A DNA stretch of 64,000 nt from an uncultured Actinomycetes bacterium (lineage in GTDB: Bacteria; Actinomycetota; Thermoleophilia; RBG-16-64-13). The stretch is taken from NCBI GenBank assembly GCA_963841735.1, contig CAWJDT010000001.1, positions 32,001 through 96,000 on the forward strand, written 5' to 3'. The first letter of the stretch is position 1. Each line of letters opens with the position of its first letter. This document shows, one piece after another, positions 50,167 through 61,199 of this stretch. The notes under the pieces are model-generated. The model was given only the letters and a program-made list of their open reading frames with translations, was not told where the DNA came from and searched no databases. The translations under genes were made by a program, and so were the position numbers.

Positions 50167-51247
50167 TCAGAACGTGGCGGCAGCCAGTTGCTCCGCCCGC
50201 TGATGCGCCTGCAGGGCCTCGGTGAACTCCTCGAGTTCGCCCTGCAGGATCGCCTCCATGCGATGAGAGGTCAGCCCGACTCGATGGTCGGTGACCCGTC
50301 CCTGGGGGAAGTTGTAGGTGCGGATCTTCTGCGACCGGTCGCCGGTGCCCACCTGGCTGCGCCGCTCGGCCGCCAGTTCGGCGTTCTGCTCGGCTTGGGC
50401 CATGTCGTACAGGCGGGCCCGCAGGATGCGGAAGGCCCGTTCTTTGTTCTGCAACTGCGACTTCTCGTCCTGGCACGAGACCACCATGCCGCTGGGGACG
50501 TGGGTGAGCCGCACAGCCGAATCGGTGGTGTTGACCGACTGACCGCCCGGACCGGTGGAGCGGTATACGTCCACCCGCACGTCGTTGGGGTCGATGTGGA
50601 TCTCGACGTCCTCCACCTCGGGCAGCACCGCGACCGTGACGGTGGAGGTATGAATGCGGCCGGTGGACTCCGTCACCGGGACCCGCTGCACCCTGTGCAC
50701 GCCCGACTCGTACTTCAGCGCCCCGTATGCGCCCCGCCGGCCTTTGACCTCGAAGATGACCTCCTTGATGCCGCCGAGAGTCGCCTCAGTGGTCGACAGG
50801 ATCTCGGTCTTGAAGCGCATCCGCTCGGCGTAGCGCATTATCATCCGCTGGATCTCGGCCCCGAAGAGCGCAGCTTCGTCGCCCCCGGCTCCCGCCCGGA
50901 TCTCCACGATGGCGTTCTTTTCGTCGCGAGGGTCCTTCTCGAGCACCGCCAACCGGATCTCCTGCTCCAGCTCGTCCAGCCGGGCCCGAGCGCCGGCCTT
51001 CTCCTCCGCGAGGAACTCCTTCATCTCCGGATCGAGTCCGCCCTCTTCGAGCATGGATTCAGCTTCCTCGAGTGACTGGCGCGCTTCTCGGTAGGCGACC
51101 GCAAGCCGGTAGGACTCCTGCCAGATCGGAGTGAGCCTTGGAGAGTTCTGTGTAGCGGGATTGATCTTTGAGAACGTCCGGGTCGGACAGTTCCTGCGTG
51201 AGAGAGTGGTACCTCTCCTCGATCTCCGCTGCCAGTCGCTCGATCAC
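50167..51247 (-). CDS. prfA: Peptide chain release factor 1 (frameshift near 5' end)
   Basis: PVT motif, [16 protein letters not shown]. Confidence 0.97.
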
Positions 51248-52266
51248 GACTGCGCTGTGGCCGCTTCGAGCCTCGAGCGAGCCGCCTCGTCCATGCGGAT
51301 GACCTCTTCCAATGCGGCCGCCGCCACCTCGAGCTGATCGGGAGTGGGCTCGCGGGTGGTCAGCCGCTGCAGTTGCAGACCTGGCCAGAGAAGGATGCGG
51401 GCGAACCACCCATCGGGGTGCCTACCCAACCACTTGATGCCTATCTCGTAGGAGATTCCCACGATGAACACGATGCCTACCACTCGCGACAACACCAGCC
51501 AGGGCAACGCGGGCTTGCCCACGATGGCGAACACGAACACCGCGATGACCATCACCAAGAGAAGAAAGCCGGTGCCGCAGCGCGGGTGCAGGGTAGAGAA
51601 GGGGGTAGCCCGCTCGGCGTCGGGCTCACCGTACGCTTCGTAGGCGTGGATGACCTTGTGCTCGGCCCCGTGATATTGAAAGACCTTGCGCAGATCCGGA
51701 ATGAAGGATATCGCGACGATGTAGAGCAGGAAGAGCGCGATGCGGATGAGCCCTTCCACCAGATTGAAGACGAAAGCGTTGGCGAACGTTTCTTCGAACT
51801 GCTTGACCACCACGAGCGGGATCACGATGAAGAGACCCACAGCGAAGGCCACGGCCACGATCACCGTACCGGCCATTTGTTTCCAGCCGAACGGCTTCTC
51901 CTCGACCGCCGCCGTCTCGCTGGTCGCACCGGACTCGTCTCCAGTCGCAGCCGTCTCGCCGACCTTGACGCTCTCGTCGCCTATCTCCACAGGCTCCAGA
52001 CCGATGTTGGCAGCGATCCCGAGGGCTCTGATGCCCAAGCTCAGCGACTCGCCGAGGGCCACCACCCCGCGCACAACCGGAAGCTTGAGCCACCGGTGGC
52101 GGGAGCCCGCGGACTCCAGAGCATGCGACACCAGGGCGATGCCGCCGGAAGGCCTGCGCACAGCTACTCCCCAGGAGTGCTTGCCGCGCATCATCACGCC
52201 TTCGATGACGGCCTGCCCGCCAAAAACGTGCTCCTGACCGCCCGACTCTGTCTTCTTGTTGGCCAT
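51244..52266 (-). CDS. DUF1385 membrane protein
   Basis: GGQAVIEGVMMR, YHGAEHK, HPRCGT, LQRLTTREP. Confidence 0.93.
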   Translation of the reverse strand: MANKKTESGGQEHVFGGQAVIEGVMMRGKHSWGVAVRRPSGGIALVSHALESAGSRHRWLKLPVVRGVVALGESLSLGIRALGIAANIGLEPVEIGDESVKVGETAATGDESGATSETAAVEEKPFGWKQMAGTVIVAVAFAVGLFIVIPLVVVKQFEETFANAFVFNLVEGLIRIALFLLYIVAISFIPDLRKVFQYHGAEHKVIHAYEAYGEPDAERATPFSTLHPRCGTGFLLLVMVIAVFVFAIVGKPALPWLVLSRVVGIVFIVGISYEIGIKWLGRHPDGWFARILLWPGLQLQRLTTREPTPDQLEVAAAALEEVIRMDEAARSRLEAATAQS

Positions 52267-52271
52267 CACAG

Positions 52272-53026
52272 TCAATTGAGTTCGGACACCGACCGAATTA
52301 GGTCCATGGCCAGGATCTCCTCACTGGTGTAGGGCTCGCCGCACGTCATCTTGCCTTCAGGACAGCCTCCGGTCGAGACACCCCGGCCCCGCGCTTTCGA
52401 AAAGCAGGGGCGCGACCGACATCGCCAGATAGCGCATGGTCCAAGCCAGACGGTTGATCTCCCACTGTGCCCGGCGACAGCAGCGCAGCGCGAAGAAAGT
52501 GCCTCAGCTCGCGCGCGTTCATGGTAACTACGATCTTGGTCTCGGCGGCGTTGGGCAAGACGAACCGGGCATCCTCGTACACCGACTCGCTCGTGCGCCC
52601 CTCAGCAAGACCAAGTTCCACCAGCCGCTCGTAGGAGCGGCGCGCGTTCTCCATTGCCTCCAGAAATACCGCCTGTGCCTCTACCGAACCCGCGATGCTG
52701 GGAGGCATGACAAAACCACCTTCAGAGTCGAAGCGCACGTAGCGCTGGGACTGCTGGCTGTAGGAGGCCACCCGGTGCCGCACCAGTTGGTGCGAACACG
52801 CCCGGGAGATGCCGTCGACGGCGAAGGTGAAGCTGGCGTGCTCCAGAGCGCTCATGTGACCCGACCTGACCAAGCCCCGCACCAGGCGCGTCACATCGTC
52901 GTCGCTCATAGCCGTCTTGAGTTCGGCGGCACTGATGGGCGCGTAACAAAGCCGCCCGGCAGAGGCCACCGCCCTCTCAGGCGAGGGTGTGAATTGTAAA
53001 AGCGTTACCTTGAGATCTGCAGGCAC
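52272..53026 (-). CDS. thyX: FAD-dependent thymidylate synthase (frameshifted near 3' end)
   Basis: HQLVRHRVASYSQQSQRY, EDARFVLP, MNAREL. Confidence 0.95.
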
Positions 53027-53049
53027 GGCCGAGACTAGGCTCGCCTCGG

Positions 53050-53262
53050 CTACTTGCTCGGCTCGGCGCGGCGGTACTTCTTGTTGAACCTCTCCACCCT
53101 ACCGGCGGTGTCGACCAGTTTCTGCTTGCCCGTGTAGAACGGGTGACACGCAGAACAGACCTCGACCTTGATCTCAGGCACTGTCGAGTGCGTCACAAAA
53201 GTCTCGCCGCATGAGCACAGGACTTTGCTCTCAACGTATTTCGGATGTATGTCGTCCTTCAA
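53050..53262 (-). CDS. rpmE: 50S ribosomal protein L31 (Zn-binding type)
   Basis: IHPKY...CSCG...[10 protein letters not shown]...GRVERF. Confidence 0.97.
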   Translation of the reverse strand: MKDDIHPKYVESKVLCSCGETFVTHSTVPEIKVEVCSACHPFYTGKQKLVDTAGRVERFNKKYRRAEPSK

Positions 53263-53373
53263 GGTGCCTCCAATGACACTTCCCACGAATACCAGGCTTA
53301 AGAGTGCAAAATAATACCACGGTCAGTCCGGAACGGCCGCCGGGCGCGATGGCCGCTCTGGTACGGACCGGTA

Positions 53374-54723
53374 TCAGCCTGCCGCCAGACCCCGGCGAGC
53401 CGCTGCCAGAAACTCAGCCGAGTTGGTCGCCTCTCCAGCCTCCCAGGCCAACCGAGCCTCGCGTAGGGCCTTGCCCAGCAGAGGACCGCTCGGCAACCCC
53501 AGTTCGCGCATGAGGTCTTCGCCGTCCAGCGGAGGCCGGGGCGCTCCGTCCCTGATCCGGCCGGCCCAAAGATTCATCAACCGCCTGGTAGCTGCGAGCT
53601 TGGCCGGGTCCGAGAGCGAATCCCCGTTGCCGGGATCGTACCCGCTTCCCGCGGTCACGGACGAGGCGAGAAGGGCGGTGACCTCCGGCTCCCACGGCGC
53701 CGTATCCCATAGAAACAGCACGTCCGCCCTCTTCGAGCCGGGTGGCACCGTCCCGCCGAGCGCCGGCTGCGACGCCGCCGGCCGCCCTGAGTCTTGCGCG
53801 CGCGCGCCGGATTCCCCGACAAGCAGATGCCGGGAGGCGGTCAGCAGCAGAGAAAGCATGGCCCCAGACAGCCTCAGACGCCGCGCAGCCATCTCGACGT
53901 CCGCGGCCGGAAGCGCGTGCATCAACCCTGCCCACCGCAAAGCAACCGGCCGGCTCGTGGCGCCGTCGACGGTGATCGCCAGCCGTTCGTCCAGTACACC
54001 GGCCGCCCCGGGAAACCAGACCGCCGGACGTTCCAGAAAGTCATCAAGCCGCTCCAACAGGGCCAGCGTCGGCTCCAACTGTTCTTCGGCAGCGAGTTCC
54101 GGCAGCACCTCCATGAGCAACCCCAGATCGTGCCACCGCCGCACTGCCTCGGCAGCCCGGCCCGAGGCCAGCGTGAGAGCCATCTCAGTCGCCACGCGTT
54201 CGGCCGCCGCGTCGGACAGAACACCGGCCTGCGCCCTGATGGACCCGGCCAAGGTCTCGTCCAACCGGAGGCCCAACACGTGGCAGAAGCGGGGCGCCCG
54301 CATCAGACGCAGGGCATCATCCGCGAACACCGTGGCGGAGACCGCCACCAGACGCCTTTCTCGAAGATGGGCCAGGCCTTCAAAGGGATCGAGAACGGCG
54401 GTGCCGTCCAAGGGCACGGCCATCGCGTTGACCGTGAAATCCCGCAGGGCCAAGTCGGCCAGGATGCCACCTCCCCTCACGGCAGCAACATCCAAGTAGC
54501 CCCCCGGACCCAACACTCGGTAGGCGGGGTGGCGCTCGGATAGGGCGAACCAGGGGGATCCAACAGCGGCCGCAACTTCTTTGGCAACCGCCGCCGCGTC
54601 ATCCATGACGGCCACGTCCACGTCGGGAGAGAAGCGGCCCAGTTCCCGGTCGCGCACGCTGCCGCCCACCAGCCAACCCGCGGCACCGCGCCGCCTAAGG
54701 ACCTCGGTCACGACCAGTATCAT
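53374..54723 (-). CDS. Class II tRNA nucleotidyltransferase, probable CC-adding type
   Basis: VGGSVRD, DVDV, RDFTVNAMA, DDALR, ERV..E; very short loop before motif B. Confidence 0.85.
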   Translation of the reverse strand: MILVVTEVLRRRGAAGWLVGGSVRDRELGRFSPDVDVAVMDDAAAVAKEVAAAVGSPWFALSERHPAYRVLGPGGYLDVAAVRGGGILADLALRDFTVNAMAVPLDGTAVLDPFEGLAHLRERRLVAVSATVFADDALRLMRAPRFCHVLGLRLDETLAGSIRAQAGVLSDAAAERVATEMALTLASGRAAEAVRRWHDLGLLMEVLPELAAEEQLEPTLALLERLDDFLERPAVWFPGAAGVLDERLAITVDGATSRPVALRWAGLMHALPAADVEMAARRLRLSGAMLSLLLTASRHLLVGESGARAQDSGRPAASQPALGGTVPPGSKRADVLFLWDTAPWEPEVTALLASSVTAGSGYDPGNGDSLSDPAKLAATRRLMNLWAGRIRDGAPRPPLDGEDLMRELGLPSGPLLGKALREARLAWEAGEATNSAEFLAAARRGLAAG

Positions 54724-54758
54724 GGTCAAGCTACCTTCGCCGGCGGGCATCGCGGCTC

Positions 54759-55158
54759 CTACTTGGACGGGCCTTTCATGCTGCCCAGCTTCCGCTTGTA
54801 CTTCCACCACTCCACCGCATAGACAACACCCGCGTAGAGGAAGAAGACAAGGAACGAGAACATGGCGTTAGACTGCGTGTTACCTCCGCTCTTCCAAAGC
54901 CACTGGATCACTGCGAAATAGGCGAAGGCCAGCAGAGCCCCAGTGATAACCGCTCTCCGGATCGACGGAGGCCGGAGAGCCTGGCCGCCGCCCCGCCCGC
55001 GGCCTTGGCCGCTCTGCACGCGACCGCGGCCGGCCACCGGGGCCCGCCCTCGGCCCCGCGCACCGCCCGCGCGGCTGCCTCGCGACGCCGAGGCCGGCGC
55101 CGATTTGGCCTTGGGGAACGCCTGCCGAACGGCTCTGCGTTTTGCCTTCTTGGACATG
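54759..55158 (-). CDS. Hypothetical membrane protein with basic N-terminus and two TM helices
   Basis: ORF in operon context with a clear hydrophobicity pattern. Confidence 0.55.
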
Positions 55159-55220
55159 ATCCTCCGTAGCGCCTCAGCGGCTTTGCTGTTCAGCAACGCA
55201 CTGCATGATAACCCGAATGC

Positions 55221-57332
55221 TCACTCTCTCCACGAAGGACCTCGGTCGTATAGTCGTCCGGCCACCACATCAGGGACAAGCTCTACCAAGTCGCCGGCCA
55301 AAACACCCTGCGGGTCTGTGAAGGCGCCCAGACTTCCAGCCTCAGCATGAATCCAGGCGCCGGCGTAGGCCGCCTCAAAAGGCTCAAGACCTTTGGCAAG
55401 CAAAGTCCCGATGATGCCCGACAGCACGTCTCCCGTGCCGGCTGAGGCCAGTTGCGACGGACCCTGTACCACTGCCCGGGTCTCGCCCGAGGGAGCCACG
55501 ATCACCGTGGACGACCCCTTCAGCAGGACCACTTGACCCGTGGCGGCCGCGGCGCGGCGCGCGGCCACCAGAGCCGACGCCGCCAGCTCAGCCACCGGCG
55601 CGCCCAGAAGGGCCGCCAGTTCACCCACGTGCGGCGTCAGCACCATACCGGGGCGTGCCTGCAATGCCTCAGCCATGCCGGCGAAGGCAAACAGACCGTC
55701 GGCGTCGAGCACCATGGGGACCCTGCTCTCGAGTACCACGCGCCTGACTGCTTCCACCGTATCCAGCTCACGGCCAAGTCCCGGTCCGGCCACCAAGGCG
55801 CCCAGACGCTCATCTGCAAGCGCCTCCAACACGGCAGCCGCATCGGCCAAGTGGTCACCCGGACCGATCTCCTGAAGCACCGCCTCCACCAGCCGGCCCC
55901 GCACCCCGGCGGCCGCACCCGCGGTCATCAGTAACCGTACATACCCCGCGCCCGTCCGGTAGGCGGCGTGTGCTGCCAGCCAGGCGGCCCCGGGATATGC
56001 GGTCGAACCGGCCAGCACAGCGACGTATCCCGCCCGGTACTTGTGGTCGTCCACTCGGCGCCCGGGCAGGTTCACGTCGCCGGCAGTCACCACCCACAGA
56101 TCGGGGTCAGGCTCGAGCGACTCGGGGATGCCTATGTCCCACACAAGCACCTCCCCGGCGGCCTCAGAGCCTGGAGGGCAGACGAGTCCGCTCTTGGAAG
56201 CGTGAAAAGTCACCGTGACGTCGGCCGCCACCGTGCCTCGGGCGATGCTGCCCGTGGCGGCGTCCACGCCCGAAGGCACGTCCACAGCCAGCACAGGGAT
56301 ACCCCTGGCTCCGGCCGCGTTGATCAGCCGCGCCCACTCGGCCACCTTGCCCCGCAACTCCCCGGTCGCGCCGGTCCCCAGCAGACAGTCCACCACCAGC
56401 TCTGTCTCGTCCCACAGATAGTCCGGCACCTGGCCGATCCGCAGGTTGACGCCCGCCTTCTCTGCCGCCCGGCAGTTGAGAGCCGCATCGGGACTGAGTT
56501 CCACGGTGGAGGCCACGGCCACCACACAGGCCACCGAATGACCGGCCAGGTGCAGCTGCCTGGCCACGGCCAAGCCGTCTCCCCCGTTGTTGCCTCGACC
56601 ACAGACGATCAGGGTGTGCCGCCCCGGATACCGCGCCAAGACCAAGGCACTGACCCCCAACGCCGCCCGTTCCATGAGCACCGCCCCCGGCACTCCCACG
56701 TCCTCCGTAGTAGCCCTGTCCAACTCGCGCATCTGCTCGGGAGTGAAGACCGCGGGCCGGTCGGCCAGGGGGCGGGGCAGACCTGAAGCGCGGCCGCATT
56801 CCAAGTCACCGGCTATCTCACCCGGACTGTTGTCCCCGCACCGGCAGTCGTCCATCTCGGCACCTCCCAAAGGACATGCTATGGCCATTGCACAAGCTCC
56901 CGCGAGCGAGTCGACGTGAGACAGCGAGAGCGCGACTGCGGCTATCCCCAGCCGCTCGGCCACCCGGGCCGTCCGGCCGCTCAAGACTACGCGCGGAGCA
57001 CCCCCGGTACCAGAGGACAGACCCTGTAGGCCGCCGAGGACACGCTCCGCCGGCTGAGCCGGATCCGGCCGCTCAGTCGCCACCACCTCGATCTCCCGCC
57101 AAGACAGCACTCCGGTGCCCAGGAGCTTCCCCACCGCCTCTTTGGCGGCAAAGCGGGCGGCCAAATGCAGGGGCGCATCGACCCGCGCCCGACAGTAGGC
57201 CGACTCACCGGGCGTGAACACCCTCAGCTCCAACCCGGGATGCCGGCCGAGTGCCTGTCGAAATCGCTCGACTTCCACCAGGTCGAGACCAAGCAAAGCG
57301 GTACCTCGCGCCTCGCCGGTCACTACGATCAC
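55221..57332 (-). CDS. nnr: AcpS domain in frame with bifunctional NAD(P)HX epimerase/dehydratase (Nnr)
   Basis: GLDLVE...AARFAAKEA...LSLSH (AcpS); LMERAA, GRGNNGGDG, DVPSG (NnrE); HKY..G, GPGLG, DADGL, LTPH.GE, AGTGDVL (NnrD). Confidence 0.9.
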   Translation of the reverse strand: MIVVTGEARGTALLGLDLVEVERFRQALGRHPGLELRVFTPGESAYCRARVDAPLHLAARFAAKEAVGKLLGTGVLSWREIEVVATERPDPAQPAERVLGGLQGLSSGTGGAPRVVLSGRTARVAERLGIAAVALSLSHVDSLAGACAMAIACPLGGAEMDDCRCGDNSPGEIAGDLECGRASGLPRPLADRPAVFTPEQMRELDRATTEDVGVPGAVLMERAALGVSALVLARYPGRHTLIVCGRGNNGGDGLAVARQLHLAGHSVACVVAVASTVELSPDAALNCRAAEKAGVNLRIGQVPDYLWDETELVVDCLLGTGATGELRGKVAEWARLINAAGARGIPVLAVDVPSGVDAATGSIARGTVAADVTVTFHASKSGLVCPPGSEAAGEVLVWDIGIPESLEPDPDLWVVTAGDVNLPGRRVDDHKYRAGYVAVLAGSTAYPGAAWLAAHAAYRTGAGYVRLLMTAGAAAGVRGRLVEAVLQEIGPGDHLADAAAVLEALADERLGALVAGPGLGRELDTVEAVRRVVLESRVPMVLDADGLFAFAGMAEALQARPGMVLTPHVGELAALLGAPVAELAASALVAARRAAAATGQVVLLKGSSTVIVAPSGETRAVVQGPSQLASAGTGDVLSGIIGTLLAKGLEPFEAAYAGAWIHAEAGSLGAFTDPQGVLAGDLVELVPDVVAGRLYDRGPSWRE

Positions 57333-59162
57333 TCCACCGTGACAGTCTTGGCCAGGTTGCGCGGTTGGTCGACCTTCTCGCCACGAGCCTTCGCGACGTA
57401 GTAGGCGAACAACTGGAGCGGCACAGTGGCGAGGAGAGGAGTGAACATCTCGTCGGTGCGGGGCACGTACAGGACGTCCTCCGCCATGCCGGCCAGGCTC
57501 TGGTTGCCCTCGGAGGCCACCGCGATGACCTTAGCGCCGCGGGCGATCACCTCCTGCACGTTGGAGATGAGCTTGTCGTACACGGTGCTGTCCGTCGCGA
57601 CCACCAACACCGGGGAACCCTCTTCAAGCAGGGCGATGGGCCCGTGCTTCATCTCCCCGGCCGCATAGGCCTCGGTGGGCACGTAGGAGATCTCCTTGAG
57701 CTTGAGAGCTCCCTCGAGGGCGACCGGCAAGCCGGTCCTCCGGCCCAAACACATGAAGAAATTCTTGGACGAGTAGCGACGAGCGACCTCTTCCACCTCG
57801 GCGGCTGCGCCATCTTCAAGGTAGTCGCTCAGCAGAGCCGGGATGCGCCGCAGTTCCTCCGTATGTACCCGCACCTCCTCCACGCTCAGGCGACCGCGCA
57901 GACTGCTCACGTGCAAGGCCAGAAGCAGCATGGCCAGCACCTGGGTGAGGAAGGTCTTGGTAGCCGCCACCCCGATCTCCAGACCGGCGCGGGTGAAGAG
58001 CACACCGTCAGCCTCCCTGGTGACCTGAGACCCCACGATATTGGTCACCGCCAGGACTCGAGCGCCCATGTGGCGGGCAAGCCGCATGGCCGCGAGTGTA
58101 TCCGCCGTCTCGCCCGACTGGCTGATGGCGATGCAGAGACAGTCGGAGTCGATCACCGGGTCTCGGTAGCGGAATTCCGAGGCCACCTCCACCTCCACCG
58201 GCAGGCGAGCCCACCGCTCCAAGGCGTACCTGCCCACCAGCCCGGCGTAGTACGAGGTGCCGCAGGCCACGATGACCACCCGGCGCAGTCCCTGGACGGT
58301 CTCAGCAGTCAGACCCAAGCCGTCGAGGATAACACCGCCGTCGGCCCCGACCCGCTCCGCGAGCGTATCGGCCAGGGCGCCGGGCTGCTCGTGGATCTCC
58401 TTGAGCATGAAGGTCTCGTATCCGGCCTTCTCCGCGGCTTCGTCGTCCCAGTCGACCGTCTGTATCGGTCGCTCCACGGGCGCGCCGTCGAGGGTAGTGA
58501 TCTCCACCCCGCCGCGCGTGACCACGACCACGTCACCGTCCTCAGGGAAGATCACCGTGCGGGTCTCGGATAGAAAGGCCGAAACGGCCGAGGCCAGGAA
58601 GTTCTCCCCCTGGCTCAGAGCCCACCACCAGCGGAGTCTCCTTGCGAATGCCCACGATCACGTCCGGCTCGTCCGCCGCGAGGGCACAGAAGGTGAAGTG
58701 CCCCTCCATCTGCCGGTAGGCGTCGACCGCGGCCTGACGCAGCGAGCCCTGATAGGCGCGCTCGATCAGATGAGCCACCACCTCGGCGTCGGTCTCGGAG
58801 GTGAACACGTGGCCCTCGTCCTGGAGCAGGGCCCGAAGGCTCAGGTAGTTCTCGACGATGCCGTTGAGCACTATGGCGAAACGGCCCGAGCAGTCGGTGT
58901 GCGGATGAGCGTTCTCGATGGAGGGACGGCCGTGAGTGGCCCAACGCGTGTGGGCGAGACCAAGCGTGCCGACCTCGTCCAGCCGGTCGAGGACCGCCTC
59001 CAAGTTGTCCAGGTTGCCTACGGAGTGCAGCAGTTCAAGGCGATCGTCGGTGACGATGGACAGCCCCGCTGAGTCGTATCCGCGATACTCGAGCTTTCGC
59101 AGGCCCTGGAAGAGGATGTCCCGGCAGGGACGTTCGCCCACATAGCCGATGATGCCGCACAT
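57329..59162 (-). CDS. glmS: Glutamine-fructose-6-phosphate transaminase (frameshifted ~58560-58620)
   Basis: MCGIIG, EYRGYDSAG, HTRWATHG, SQSGETAD, PRNLAKTVTVE. Confidence 0.97.
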
Positions 59163-59167
59163 TCTCT

Positions 59168-60209
59168 CTAGACCTCCATAGTCACGACTCTTGAAGTCTC
59201 AGATCCACGTAGGGAGACATCCAGGCGGCCACGAGAGCCTCGTAGCCGGGGATCATTTCGACCACAGTCCCCACCCGCGGGTGGAGAGACCCTGCATCTG
59301 CTTCGACCACCAGGTAATCGGACGAACGCCCGATCTCCCGCAGACCCGGCTCGCACGAACTCGACCGCGCCCCGACCAAGGTCCTGTCTGCCTAGCCCCA
59401 GAAGCAGGCGCCGTGAAGGTCCCTCCGGGGAACGGCCTAGTATACTCCTCGACCACTTCGGCCCGCAGCACGCAGGCCCCTCTGCCGGCAGCCGGGCAGA
59501 GGCTCGTAGAACAGCGCGTCCTGGCCCAGCAACAGCGCCTCGCCGCACCGCAGCTCGGTCACCGGCCCGGGCAAATCCTCCCCACGAGCTAGCAGCCACA
59601 GCAGGCTGGAGTTGCCCCCCGACACCCGCCCGACCGGCAGTCCCGCGTCGCGCAGAGCCAGGGCCCCCCGGGCGACCCTCTCCACCGAGGCTCTCAGACC
59701 CTCGGGCTGACCTCGGAAGCAGGCGTAGTTGGTGGCCACCCCCTCCAAGGCCAGACGCCGGTCGCCGCCGATGGCAGCCACCAGTTCCAGCATCCGCTCT
59801 TCAGGGACACCCTCTCGCTCGTCGCCGGTCTCCACCAGCATCATCACCCTACGAGCGGCGGCCGGCGGCCCGCTCCGCGCCGTGACCACCAAGCGCGGCC
59901 ACCGCCTCGCGCCCCTGCCCACGAGGACACGTAGGTCACGTCGCCCGGCTCGAAACGTCCCGCCGGCGACGGCAGATCGATGCGGTGCAGTTCCGCGCCC
60001 GGCAGCGCCGCCCGTAGTCTGCGCATATTGAGGTCACGCGTGTCGGCCAGCGCCACCGCGCCACCGGCCAGCATGGCCGCAGCCACCCGGGGCTCGCCCA
60101 GGCAACCCTTGGTGACCGCGACCAGATCAAGACCGCGACGTCTGAGCAAGCCCGCCACTGCCTCGGTGTTCCTGCCGATCGCGTCGATGTCTACACGCAG
60201 TTCGGGCAT
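59168..60209 (-). CDS. PLP-dependent racemase, ornithine racemase/YhfX-like (frameshifted)
   Basis: VAVTKG, ETGDEREG, TNYAC, SGGNSS, LRCGEALLLG, SSDYL. Confidence 0.8.
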
Positions 60210-60218
60210 CGGCCCTCC

Positions 60219-60257
60219 GAAAAAGAAAGAGGCGAGGGAGATTTCTCCCTCGCCTCT
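60219..60257 (-). terminator. Rho-independent terminator after rplM-rpsI
   Basis: Perfect AGAGGCGAGGGAGA / TCTCCCTCGCCTCT hairpin followed by a U-rich tract on the minus strand. Confidence 0.9.
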
Positions 60258-60280
60258 CGATTCCCTGGAAGTAGAAGCGA

Positions 60281-60675
60281 CTAGCGCTTCGAGAACTGCG
60301 GGCGCTTGCGGGCCTTTCTCAGTCCGGCCTTCTTGCGCTCCACCATACGGGCGTCGCGGGAAAGATGCCCGGCCCGCTTGACGTCGGTCCTGAGAGAGGG
60401 GTCGGCCTCTACCAGAGCGCGGGCCAACCCGTGCTTCGAGAGCGCCGGCCTGACCCGATTTGCCGCCCGCCGTGGATCTGGGCGATCACGTCGTAGCGAG
60501 CATCGGTGCCCGTCTCGACCAACGGTGAACGCACGGTAAGCATCAGGGTCTGCCGGTTGAAGTACTCGCGTACGTCTTGACCGTTGACCGTGATGATCCC
60601 GGTGCCCGGCATGAGACGGACCCTGGCGACCGAGGTCTTCCGCTTACCCGTCGCCGAGTAGACTACTGCTGCCAT
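60281..60675 (-). CDS. rpsI: 30S ribosomal protein S9 (frameshifted)
   Basis: [11 protein letters not shown]; [19 protein letters not shown]. Confidence 0.97.
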
Positions 60676-61097
60676 GGCAACTCCTCCGGCTTCTGGGCGG
60701 TATGCGGATGCTTAGGCCCAGCATAGATCTTGAGCTTGGTCAGTTGCTGCGCGGCCAGACGGTTCTTGGGCAGCATGCCTTTGACCGCCTTGCGCAGCAC
60801 TTCGGTTGGCCGCATCTGGAGCATCTGCCCGAGACTGCGGGTCTTTAGGCCACCCGGATAGCCGGAATGGCGGTAGTACATCTTGTCCGTCAGCTTCTTG
60901 CCGGTCACCGCGATCTTCTCAGCGTTGACCACCACGACAAAATCCCCGGTATCCGCATGCGGAGTGTACTGGGGCTTGTTCTTGCCCCGGAGCACAATGG
61001 CTATCTCCGACGCGAGCCGGCCAAGGTTCTTGCCGTCTGCGTCGACGACCCACCAGTTGCGCTGGATCTCACCGGGTTTCGCCGTATACGTCCTCAC
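60663..61097 (-). CDS. rplM: 50S ribosomal protein L13
   Basis: WWVVDA...LGRLAS...GKNKP.YTPH.D.GD...HSGYPGG...GMLP. Confidence 0.98.
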   Translation of the reverse strand: MRTYTAKPGEIQRNWWVVDADGKNLGRLASEIAIVLRGKNKPQYTPHADTGDFVVVVNAEKIAVTGKKLTDKMYYRHSGYPGGLKTRSLGQMLQMRPTEVLRKAVKGMLPKNRLAAQQLTKLKIYAGPKHPHTAQKPEELPWQQ

Positions 61098-61126
61098 ACT
61101 GCCTCCTAGATAAAACGCGACCGCAG

Positions 61127-61155
61127 ATAATAGTCGAGGGGGCAGATAGTGTCAA
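61127..61155 (-). promoter_or_regulatory. Sigma70 promoter of rplM-rpsI
   Basis: TTGACA-N17-TATTAT on the minus strand ~30 nt upstream of rplM. Confidence 0.8.
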
Positions 61156-61199
61156 GGCGACGAGCGCGCGATCCCGCTGACATCCGAGACTTCGGTGAA

